A stretch of DNA of 24,150 bases from IMG/VR virus record IMGVR_UViG_3300020003_000011, positions 1-24,150 of that record; one strand, written 5' to 3'. Below are positions 17,864 through 24,150 of the stretch, one piece after another (within the stretch, counting starts at the first letter, position 1; every line of letters starts with the position of its first letter). This DNA comes from a virus. Taxonomy: Duplodnaviria > Caudoviricetes. Below the pieces are notes generated by a model. That model was given only the letters and a program-made list of their open reading frames with translations. It was not told the DNA's origin and searched no databases. Position numbers and translations under genes: made by a program.

Positions 17864-17993
17864 GATCTTGTTCCTTTCTACAAAAACATGTTGGATTAAA
17901 TGGTGAATTTATTCTACCGCATCTGGAGCATTCCCATGGATTATTTGACATGTATGGATCAAATCTGTAATGCCCCATTTGATAGTTACTCAT
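17826..17993 (-). CDS. Small zinc-ribbon protein (55 aa)
   Basis: MSNYQMGHYRFDPYMSNNPWECSRCGRINSPFNPTCFCRK...; W-x-CxxCGRxNxP..CxC motif. Confidence 0.65.
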   Translation of the reverse strand: MSNYQMGHYRFDPYMSNNPWECSRCGRINSPFNPTCFCRKEQDHATDKRCKGEMA

Positions 17994-18126
17994 CTGATTT
18001 ATCTCTAATTGATCTTCTTATTAAAATACCTCTAATAACAGTTCGCAGAGACCCATACAATGATTTGATACGACCCTTTGCGTTAGCCCTGTGTAGTCTA
18101 TAAAAGAACATTATTCTATCTTTCAT
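17986..18126 (-). CDS. Small Arg-rich hypothetical protein (46 aa)
   Basis: ATGA overlap with the upstream stop; exactly fills the gap; MKDRIMFFYRLHRANAKGRIKS... Confidence 0.45.
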   Translation of the reverse strand: MKDRIMFFYRLHRANAKGRIKSLYGSLRTVIRGILIRRSIRDKSDE

Positions 18127-18596
18127 CCCCAAATAACCCCTTTACCTTCGCATGAATGACACACAATTTTCACAAAAAAACCTTTATGATCCGCTGTCAT
18201 TTCATCAGGAACTTTGTGCGGAATAGATCCGTCACTACAACACACAGGACACTTATACGGTTCCTTTCTTAATGAAGGTGCACATAAATTGTTATATGAA
18301 TTCTTTATCGCATTAGCTAATAGCTCAACTTCATCAATCCTTTTATGCAAGTTATTAATATTTTCTTCAAATACCATGGGAAGTATTAAATTTTCTTTAA
18401 TCGTTCCCATCCATTGTTCGATCTCTAAAAACCGTGTTTGAATATTTCGTAATATTTCACGTATTTCTTTTCTGTCATGAAAAGAATGCTCTCGATTAAG
18501 CTCTAATTTTAACAACCTGTTTTCTAAATCCTGACAGAATTTCATTAGATCAGATTTAATACTCGTTATTTCTGCATTTTTTAAATAATCACTCAT
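18123..18596 (-). CDS. Coiled-coil protein with C-terminal DnaJ-type zinc finger (157 aa)
   Basis: PYKCPVCCSDG...CHSCEGKGVIWG; TAATG-coupled to the lysozyme gene. Confidence 0.65.
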   Translation of the reverse strand: MSDYLKNAEITSIKSDLMKFCQDLENRLLKLELNREHSFHDRKEIREILRNIQTRFLEIEQWMGTIKENLILPMVFEENINNLHKRIDEVELLANAIKNSYNNLCAPSLRKEPYKCPVCCSDGSIPHKVPDEMTADHKGFFVKIVCHSCEGKGVIWG

Positions 18597-19054
18597 TACT
18601 TTAAAACTCCCGAAATCATAATTTTAGCTAGTCGATCATAGCGATTAGATAACTTACGAGCTGCATTGCTATCCAGCAATTCCTTAGCTGCCTCTTGCCA
18701 GTCACGGTTATGCATTGCTTTTAACATCTTTTTGAATTTCATAATTCCATTGATTCCAACATTAAAACAAACATTAATGAGAACATACTTGCGAGGAAAA
18801 TCTAAGGAATTAAAGAATAAAAGATCTCCTAAAATGTTTTCACAGCTTCTAATATTATTGAGGCAAAGATAAATAGCTTCCTCATGCGTTATTTTATAAC
18901 CCTGAAGGTTTCTCCCTATGCCAATGGTTAAATTACCTTGAGGCGCTTTTACTGGCTCTCCTGTGGCATCATCATAAGCTATCGAACGAAATCCTTCGTC
19001 ATTCTCAAGTAAGCCAACAATAATCAATCGTTGTTTTTCGGTTAAATTGGGCAT
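18596..19054 (-). CDS. Endolysin, T4-type (GH24) lysozyme (152 aa)
   Basis: DEGFRSIAYDD..G.LTIGIGRNL catalytic E/D/T region; FNVGING..KFKKML; WQEAAKELLDS. Confidence 0.9.
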   Translation of the reverse strand: MPNLTEKQRLIIVGLLENDEGFRSIAYDDATGEPVKAPQGNLTIGIGRNLQGYKITHEEAIYLCLNNIRSCENILGDLLFFNSLDFPRKYVLINVCFNVGINGIMKFKKMLKAMHNRDWQEAAKELLDSNAARKLSNRYDRLAKIMISGVLK

Positions 19055-19055
19055 T

Positions 19056-19196
19056 TTAATCGTATGTTCCAGTGCGTTCTTGCAGTTTAATTACGACCTT
19101 TTCAAGTTCATAAACTCTTTTATCTGTATAATGTAAGCTAATAGTTAAAACTGCTACTGCTACTATTAATAATCCTGTAATAAATCCTTTATCCAT
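19056..19196 (-). CDS. Small single-TM membrane protein (46 aa), holin/lysis-accessory candidate
   Basis: MDKGFITGLLIVAVAVLTISLHYTDKRVYELEKVVIKLQERTGTYD; AAGGA RBS; ends 1 nt before the lysozyme start. Confidence 0.55.
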   Translation of the reverse strand: MDKGFITGLLIVAVAVLTISLHYTDKRVYELEKVVIKLQERTGTYD

Positions 19197-19218
19197 TAAT
19201 CATTCCTTCTAAATAAAT

Positions 19219-19488
19219 CTATTTTAAAGACATAAACTCTATCATTTTTTCCAATTTCCAAATTTCATCTTTTAATTCTTCAATCTTTTGTTTTGTCATG
19301 TCAACCATGTTAGAAAGTTCTGGATATAAAATGTGCAATAAAGAATCAATCATTATATTAAGCGTTTTTTTAATTTTGAAAGGGTTTGACATACAATCAG
19401 AAGTTACGGCCGTATTGATCTCTTTTCCATCTCTGCTCATATAAATAACAAAACCATTTTCTATAATTTCTGATTTAATGCTTAACAT
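19219..19488 (-). CDS. Hypothetical protein (89 aa)
   Basis: ORF with AGGA RBS in operon orientation. Confidence 0.55.
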   Translation of the reverse strand: MLSIKSEIIENGFVIYMSRDGKEINTAVTSDCMSNPFKIKKTLNIMIDSLLHILYPELSNMVDMTKQKIEELKDEIWKLEKMIEFMSLK

Positions 19489-19504
19489 ATTTCTTCCTAT
19501 TTAG

Positions 19505-19672
19505 TTAACAGCAACTTAGTTTTCTATCATAATATTCTTCAATACTTTTCAACATATTTTTTACAGTGTATTCAATACTTTTTATTCTATCAGTAGTAAT
19601 GTCATCTAAATCAGATTCAATATGCTGTAGTGAATGATAAATGTGAGATATCATTACTTCTTCTGTCAACAT
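19505..19672 (-). CDS. Hypothetical protein (55 aa)
   Basis: TAATG-coupled to terS, AGGAAGGA RBS; MLTEEVMISHIYHSLQHIESDLDD...KLSCC. Confidence 0.55.
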   Translation of the reverse strand: MLTEEVMISHIYHSLQHIESDLDDITTDRIKSIEYTVKNMLKSIEEYYDRKLSCC

Positions 19673-20190
19673 TAATAATCCTTCCTATTATTTTCATCAA
19701 GCTTAGCACGCAACTGTCTGACTTCTTCACGCAAGGTTTCATTCTTTTCTTTTTCTTCTTCGAGTTCTTTAGTATTTCCATAAATTTTAGGAAGAAGCTT
19801 TGAAGCAAGCCATTTACGAGTATCGATACGTAATCGAGAGCGCGCTGCAAACTCGCTATTAAAGACTTCACGTCCGTCTTGTGTCGTTATAGTATCGTTG
19901 CTGGAATCATCTGCGATATCAACGCATTCTTCCGCTAAAATATCGGCTTGAGCTAATTTAGCCTTAGCGTATTGTGCAGAAAATGATTCATTATATAGCC
20001 TCCAAACACGAATTGTCTCAGGTGTTGGAAAATCAGGATTATTGAAACATATTTTTCTAATTCCACAAGAAGAAATTGAAACAACCTCACAAATTTTTGT
20101 GGCCAATTCCTCGTTATAAATCGTCGGACGGCCTAATGTCTTTTTCTGTTCTGTGACTATGCTTTTTTGTTTTTCTTTCTTCTTTGGCAT
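19672..20190 (-). CDS. terS: Terminase small subunit, Sf6 gp1-like (172 aa)
   Basis: GRPTIYNEELATKICE, PDFP..TIRVW, QYAKAK..QAD, DIADD, RLRIDTRKWLASKLLPKIYG. Confidence 0.92.
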   Translation of the reverse strand: MPKKKEKQKSIVTEQKKTLGRPTIYNEELATKICEVVSISSCGIRKICFNNPDFPTPETIRVWRLYNESFSAQYAKAKLAQADILAEECVDIADDSSNDTITTQDGREVFNSEFAARSRLRIDTRKWLASKLLPKIYGNTKELEEEKEKNETLREEVRQLRAKLDENNRKDY

Positions 20191-20359
20191 CTTGAATATC
20201 CTTTACGGCTGATTCCAGCGTTTTAGTTCTTCCTTCACCATTACACATAGGACAATCAACGAGAACACCACCTGTATCAGTATGAGAATAGATATTACGA
20301 ACTTTATACATTTTTTTACGGCCTTTGCAGCGCATACAACGAATCATCTTATCTTCCAT
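20114..20359 (-). CDS. Small DnaJ-type zinc-finger protein (about 81 aa)
   Basis: CMRCKGR...DCPMCNGEG; start moved to ATG 20359 (GGAG RBS). Confidence 0.6.
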   Translation of the reverse strand: MEDKMIRCMRCKGRKKMYKVRNIYSHTDTGGVLVDCPMCNGEGRTKTLESAVKDIQDAKEERKTKKHSHRTEKDIRPSDDL

Positions 20360-20385
20360 AAAACTTAACTCCATTTCTACGATAG

Positions 20386-20420
20386 TTATCCACAAAAATA
20401 GTGGATAAGTATGTGAATAA
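20386..20420. promoter_or_regulatory. Cluster of three DnaA boxes
   Basis: TTATCCACA 20386-20394 (+), TTATCCACT 20408-20400 (-), TTATTCACA 20420-20412 (-). Confidence 0.7.
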
Positions 20421-20514
20421 CTAAAATAAATGAACTAATAGCAAGCATTTTAAACGTATTTAAGTTATTAGTCAAAAAATATGCAACATAAGATTAAATA
20501 GACTAAAATATTAT

Positions 20515-20543
20515 GTTGACATGGTCAACTTACATGGTAATAT
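20515..20543 (+). promoter_or_regulatory. Sigma70 promoter with a palindromic operator over the -35
   Basis: TTGACA 20516-20521, 16-bp spacer, TGgTAATAT ending at 20543; inverted repeat GTTGAC-ATG-GTCAAC at 20515-20529. Confidence 0.65.
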
Positions 20544-20578
20544 ATGATTATCAAGTAGACATGAAGAAGGTATACCAA

Positions 20579-20755
20579 ATGCAAAATACGCTATGGCAAA
20601 TAGGTAAAATAGTTAAGTTTGGCTCATTAATCCTTCGTGTTACTTCATTAACTACCGAAAATAAATATATTCCTGTGATTTATTGGCTTGAATCAATAGA
20701 TAAAAAATATCAATACGAATATATCCCACGCAAAGGACTTTTTCGAATTAACTAA
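20579..20755 (+). CDS. Hypothetical protein (58 aa)
   Basis: Start moved to MQNTLWQ (AAGG RBS) downstream of the promoter. Confidence 0.55.
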   Translation: MQNTLWQIGKIVKFGSLILRVTSLTTENKYIPVIYWLESIDKKYQYEYIPRKGLFRIN

Positions 20756-20768
20756 AATGGAGGTTTTT

Positions 20769-20948
20769 ATGAAACAAAAATTAGATAACAAAAAAACAAT
20801 ATGCTTTTTAAACTCAGTGAGAGGAGAAGAATTATATCAAGCTTTCTATCAGATAGGGCTTACCGACATAGATAGATTGATTGGTATAAAATTAATACTA
20901 CAAGCAGTTTTTTTAAAATTAACCAAAGGAGACAATAATGCAAATTAG
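20769..20948 (+). CDS. Hypothetical protein (59 aa)
   Basis: GGAGG RBS before MKQKLDN. Confidence 0.6.
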   Translation: MKQKLDNKKTICFLNSVRGEELYQAFYQIGLTDIDRLIGIKLILQAVFLKLTKGDNNAN

Positions 20949-21084
20949 GGGCATGATGGATGGTTGGACACCTGACGATATGGATTGTCGTGGTAATTGT
21001 AAGATATGTGATGATTGTGAAAAAAGCAAAGAATACAAAGATAACGAAGATTATGAAAGGTGGCGTTATGAACAATCAAACTAA
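20938..21084 (+). CDS. Small acidic Cys-cluster protein (48 aa), missed by the ORF track
   Basis: AAGGAG RBS; MQIRGMMDGWTPDDMDCRGNCKICDDCEKSKEYKDNEDYERWRYEQSN. Confidence 0.6.
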   Translation: MQIRGMMDGWTPDDMDCRGNCKICDDCEKSKEYKDNEDYERWRYEQSN

Positions 21085-21100
21085 TTCAAAAGGACTTATT

Positions 21101-21289
21101 ATGGATTCAATACAAACATTAATCCCATATTTACAAAATTTAGTTGAAAAGAATAATTGTGCTATCAGCGTCTCAAAAATTAACAATGAATTTGTGGTCA
21201 GTGTTATTGGACGTTTTAGAACAAGAACTTTTAAAGCCGCCAATAGCGGAGTTCTTATAACAAATATTAAGCGCTACATACAAGCTTAA
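21101..21289 (+). CDS. Hypothetical protein (62 aa)
   Basis: AAGGA RBS before MDSIQTL; the longer track start overlaps the 48-aa ORF. Confidence 0.55.
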   Translation: MDSIQTLIPYLQNLVEKNNCAISVSKINNEFVVSVIGRFRTRTFKAANSGVLITNIKRYIQA

Positions 21290-21295
21290 TTTTAT

Positions 21296-21329
21296 GGGCA
21301 TTAATTATACTAAATAATGCCCTTTATTT
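21296..21329 (+). terminator. Intrinsic terminator between convergent genes
   Basis: GGGCATTA-11 nt-TAATGCCC followed by TTTATTT. Confidence 0.6.
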
Positions 21330-21650
21330 CAAATTTTCTATTGCTTCATGATATTTTTCTGTTACCACTTTACTAGCCTCTTTAGCCATATTTAAATTTC
21401 CAGCTTCACTTGCATATCGAAGCATCCATAAATTTGCCCTCTTACGCCCAAATCCTTGCGCTGTAGAGAATATTTTGGCTTCACCCATTCCATAGCCCCA
21501 TTCTTCCAGATAACGATCTAGGATGGGCTTAAAATCGCTTGCCTTAAATTTGTTTAAAATTTTATCAATAAAAAGGTAATCATCACGAAGTAATTCGAAA
21601 CCCCGTCTAGCACAATGTGCTTTAAAACTTTTCAAACGTGATTGGCTCAC
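21324..21650 (-). CDS. Hypothetical protein downstream of the replication initiator (108 aa)
   Basis: GTG start with GGAGG RBS; function not recognised. Confidence 0.6.
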   Translation of the reverse strand: MSQSRLKSFKAHCARRGFELLRDDYLFIDKILNKFKASDFKPILDRYLEEWGYGMGEAKIFSTAQGFGRKRANLWMLRYASEAGNLNMAKEASKVVTEKYHEAIENLK

Positions 21651-21659
21651 TTAATCCTC

Positions 21660-22427
21660 CTAGTACAATGGCTTATTGTCATAACGCCGTTTTTTACCAG
21701 TTGAATCTTCATACGTTTTTTTAGGTTTTTCATCAGCTAAAAATCCAATAAACTTTTCTTGCCAGTTTGAAGATCTTGTTTTGTATTTTTTATGAACACT
21801 AACAAACTTATCAAATAGTTCCACTGTTTGCATTTTTACAGATTGAGCGACACGATAAAGTTCCTTCATTCCGTTTCCGTCCGGTTCAAAGTCTTCAGGT
21901 AGAATTTTTAGATTAACAGAGCTCCGCGTAGCGGGCTTTTTATAGTTATCCACAGGGATTTGCTTAGCTCTGTTTTTATTTACTTTTATTTCTTTTATTT
22001 TAGGAACCCCACGCATGGGGCGGGGTAGTGCCATATGTGGGGTGGGGGTAGTGTCACTTGTGGGGTGGGGTGTCGATGAAGAATATTCCAAATTTTTATT
22101 GATTGGATCATCCATCCAAGGATGTTCTAAGAAACAATAATGATTAACTCCACCCGATTCAGCCTGATAAGTGTCTATTAATTCAACATCTCTTAATTCT
22201 TTAAGAGTTCTATTAACAGCACTTTTTGACATACCAACCTCTTCAACTAATTGTGGTATTGATCTGTGTACAGTTCCCTTAGCACTGCTCCACTGGGCTA
22301 ACCGACCATATAAAATCTTAGCTTGGTGAGATAATTTTGAAGAAGAAACTTGAAGAAGCCAGCAAGGGATATAAACAGAAGGAGCATGAGCTTTCGGATT
22401 AAAACTTTTTTTAATAGATTTTTTCAC
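21660..22427 (-). CDS. Phage replication initiator (N-terminal winged HTH, lambda O-like organisation; 255 aa)
   Basis: LSHQAKILYGRL..SIPQLVEEVGMSKSAVNRTLKELRDVELI HTH; Pro/Thr linker carrying DNA repeats; C-terminal LPEDFEPD..F..NWQ domain. Confidence 0.8.
   Translation of the reverse strand: MKKSIKKSFNPKAHAPSVYIPCWLLQVSSSKLSHQAKILYGRLAQWSSAKGTVHRSIPQLVEEVGMSKSAVNRTLKELRDVELIDTYQAESGGVNHYCFLEHPWMDDPINKNLEYSSSTPHPTSDTTPTPHMALPRPMRGVPKIKEIKVNKNRAKQIPVDNYKKPATRSSVNLKILPEDFEPDGNGMKELYRVAQSVKMQTVELFDKFVSVHKKYKTRSSNWQEKFIGFLADEKPKKTYEDSTGKKRRYDNKPLY
21946..22070. repeat. Probable replication origin inside the initiator gene (iterons, AT-rich tract, DnaA box)
   Basis: 23-bp direct repeats GGGGTAGTGCCATATGTGGGGTG (22022-22044) and GGGGTAGTGTCACTTGTGGGGTG (22045-22067); T-rich tract about 21971-22001; TTATCCACA at 21946-21954. 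Confidence 0.7.
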
Positions 22428-22452
22428 AATTATATTCCCTGTAATAAAAAAT

Positions 22453-22480
22453 TTGACCTTTCCGTAGTCAATGATACAAT
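22453..22480 (+). promoter_or_regulatory. Antisense sigma70 promoter upstream of the initiator gene
   Basis: TTGACC 22453-22458, 16-bp spacer, TGaTACAAT ending at 22480. Confidence 0.65.
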
Positions 22481-22491
22481 CAAAAACTACA

Positions 22492-22530
22492 GTTAGACGT
22501 TCAACGGTTAGACGTTCAACGGTTAGACGT
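22492..22530 (+). repeat. Perfect 15-bp tandem repeat GTTAGACGTTCAACG x2.6
   Basis: Copies at 22492-22506 and 22507-22521, partial copy at 22522-22530. Confidence 0.95.
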
Positions 22531-22612
22531 ATTTCGTTTATGCGTTTGTTCGTACTTACTAAAACAGTGGAAAAGACTAGAGGGTTCGTTCTTCTGTTAA
22601 ATGCAAAATGCT

Positions 22613-22655
22613 ATTGCTGTAAGCTAATAGAAATAGCTTACAGCAATCTTTTTTT
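22613..22655 (+). terminator. Strong intrinsic terminator, + strand
   Basis: Perfect 14-bp stem ATTGCTGTAAGCTA / TAGCTTACAGCAAT, 7-nt loop, then C and 7 T. Confidence 0.8.
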
Positions 22656-22938
22656 AACTTTGATTCATTTCAGTCTCTGCCTGAAGAATTAAATGCCTAT
22701 AGGCTTCTTTTTTCGTTTTAAATAAAAATTCTTCTTTAATCCAAGCTGATTTATCATCAGAATAAAGTACTGAATCATTTTCTTGGTCATTCACAATTCC
22801 ATTGACCGTCAACTCATGTACCAATGGTTTCTGCATCCCAATATTAAAACAATAAATTTTATCACCCAGTTGAAATTTACTTCCTGAAGGTGATTTTAAA
22901 ATTTTACATGGTTCAATGGCTTGATTGAGAGTCGTCAT
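22654..22938 (-). CDS. Hypothetical protein (94 aa)
   Basis: KFQLGDKIY..LFKTKKEA small beta-barrel-type phage motif; AAGGA RBS. Confidence 0.6.
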   Translation of the reverse strand: MTTLNQAIEPCKILKSPSGSKFQLGDKIYCFNIGMQKPLVHELTVNGIVNDQENDSVLYSDDKSAWIKEEFLFKTKKEAYRHLILQAETEMNQS

Positions 22939-23197
22939 TTACTATATCCTTAAGTTCAGTCTTTATATCATTAAGAAATTTTTGAGTTTTATCAAGATTC
23001 TTTATTTGAATCATGAAGTCAGAAAACCAAGTGCAGAGATTACCTCCTATCCAGACGGCGCTGGCTTGTATCATCAAATCATCACTTTCCATATCAGAAG
23101 ATAAAGTTTTTAATAAAACCCTTATATCGTCAAATGTCATATTAACTTTTTTAATATATTCTTTTTTTTCTTCTTTACTTACTTCCCTTATGTCCAT
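22913..23197 (-). CDS. Hypothetical protein (94 aa)
   Basis: AAGGA RBS; overlaps its neighbours in operon fashion. Confidence 0.6.
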   Translation of the reverse strand: MDIREVSKEEKKEYIKKVNMTFDDIRVLLKTLSSDMESDDLMIQASAVWIGGNLCTWFSDFMIQIKNLDKTQKFLNDIKTELKDIVNDDSQSSH

Positions 23198-23720
23198 TTT
23201 TTATCCTTTCAAAAATATTACCTATGATTGTAAATTCATTTTCACGCAAATCATATTTACAGAATTCTAACAATTTTATTGTATATTCAGTAGGAGACCC
23301 TAACTTAATTACAATATCATTTTCAAATAGTTGCTTTCCTAAGCTATCAAATATGGGAAATCCTTGCATCAAATTTTCATTATTAAATGAAGTAAAGCTA
23401 GTAGATTCATTATCTGAATGAAAATAAGTAATAGTAGGTCTACTATCGGATTTAAATGTTAATGATCTAATTTTGCACATACCACGTTTATCGCAATAAA
23501 ATCTATAAATAGGGTAATTTATGTTTTCTATTACAGCTCCATCAAAATGATCTTTTGATGCTTTAAGAATTCCATTAGTCAATTCTTCATATTTTTTTTG
23601 TCTGTCATAAGGAACTTTTCCTTGTGACATCCAATGATAAAAAGAGGTTCTAGTAAGACCTATAGCTTTTATTGCTTTTCTGATACTTCCAAAATATGCA
23701 TGAATTTCATCTGTTGTCAT
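23175..23720 (-). CDS. Cro-like HTH fused to a YopX-like domain (181 aa)
   Basis: N-terminal YFGSIRKAIKAIGLTRTSFYHW..GKVP..RQ..YEELTNG.LKA (Cro/YdaS type); C-terminal DSLGKQLFENDIV...IIGNIFE (YopX type). Confidence 0.75.
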   Translation of the reverse strand: MTTDEIHAYFGSIRKAIKAIGLTRTSFYHWMSQGKVPYDRQKKYEELTNGILKASKDHFDGAVIENINYPIYRFYCDKRGMCKIRSLTFKSDSRPTITYFHSDNESTSFTSFNNENLMQGFPIFDSLGKQLFENDIVIKLGSPTEYTIKLLEFCKYDLRENEFTIIGNIFERIKNGHKGSK

Positions 23721-23728
23721 TATTATTT

Positions 23729-24130
23729 TTATAACTCCATTTTTTTAATTTTTTGAACCATATGTAAAATCAATGTTAAATAATCTTTAATTTGTGTTTC
23801 ATTGGGTATTTCATCTTCATACCCACGAATTCCTTCCAAGGTATCGCACCCAGAACAGCTACCATAATAAACAGAAGTATAGTAATAATAATCTGGTTGA
23901 TATCCAGCACAGCCAATTATGAATAATAACATCCCTTGATAATCACCTTGGTCTATTTCTACGATTCTAGAGGGGTCAAGTCTATATTCATCATTTAAAT
24001 TATAATCCTCATATATAATATTAATTATTATTTTAAGCAGTTCTAAATAATTTTCAGGATGTTTTTGAGATAAAATATGTTTTAATTTATCTTCATTTTT
24101 AATAAAAATTTCTACAAATTCATCAATCAT
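23729..24130 (-). CDS. Conserved phage hypothetical protein (133 aa)
   Basis: GDYQG.LLFII..GYQP..YYGSCSGCDTL motif; AAGGAG RBS. Confidence 0.65.
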   Translation of the reverse strand: MIDEFVEIFIKNEDKLKHILSQKHPENYLELLKIIINIIYEDYNLNDEYRLDPSRIVEIDQGDYQGMLLFIIGCAGYQPDYYYYTSVYYGSCSGCDTLEGIRGYEDEIPNETQIKDYLTLILHMVQKIKKMEL

Positions 24131-24150
24131 TAAACACTCCTTTAAATAAA

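Larger units (their letters stand above)
22487..22655 (+). ncRNA. Candidate counter-transcribed small RNA (about 170 nt)
   Basis: Bounded by the promoter at 22453-22480 and the terminator at 22613-22655; no RBS-supported ORF inside. Confidence 0.5.

Noticed and set aside
19538-19583. Repeated TTCAATACTTTT
   Set aside because: Two copies inside a small ORF, both encoding KSIE, in AT-rich sequence; no further support for a function.
17046-19871. Track ORFs 17046, 17110, 17261, 17900, 18214, 18666 (+) and 19617 (-)
   Set aside because: They overlap better-supported minus-strand genes; 17046-17264 is the antisense of the 49-aa basic protein.
22492-22530. 15-bp repeats as a mini-CRISPR array
   Set aside because: The repeats are contiguous with no spacers, are too short, and no cas genes are present.
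22579-22596. GGGTTCG stem-loop resembling a tRNA T-arm
   Set aside because: No acceptor stem, anticodon arm or D-arm could be built around it.
22471-22692. + strand 73-aa ORF with a (S/T)TVRR repeat
   Set aside because: Its ATG lies within the promoter -10 region, it has no RBS, and it runs through a strong terminator; it is a by-product of the 15-bp repeat.

Overview
AT-rich segment of a P22-like (podovirus-type) tailed phage or prophage. Almost all genes lie on the minus strand. From right to left: early/replication genes (a Cro-like HTH-YopX fusion, and an HTH replication initiator carrying an internal iteron origin), a + strand cassette of four tiny genes with its own promoter and terminator, a DnaA-box cluster, terS, a lysis/accessory interval (holin candidate, T4-type lysozyme, Zn-finger ORFs, an HNH cassette), terL, portal, scaffold, P22-gp5-like coat, gp4/gp10-like tail proteins, three ejection-protein candidates and tailspike/fibre genes running off the left edge. 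No integrase, tRNA or CRISPR array was seen. The main unexplained pattern is that 10 of the 11 non-coupled major morphogenesis genes have an ANGGA motif in the loop of a small hairpin at their translation start. This is the CsrA/RsmA binding signature and suggests post-transcriptional gating of the whole virion operon. Other highlights: an HNH cassette that appears to have split a small gene and supplied a recoded replacement 5' end, a structured leader upstream of the scaffold gene, and a repeat-bearing counter-transcript upstream of the replication initiator. All protein calls come from motif recognition and gene order; no database searches were run.
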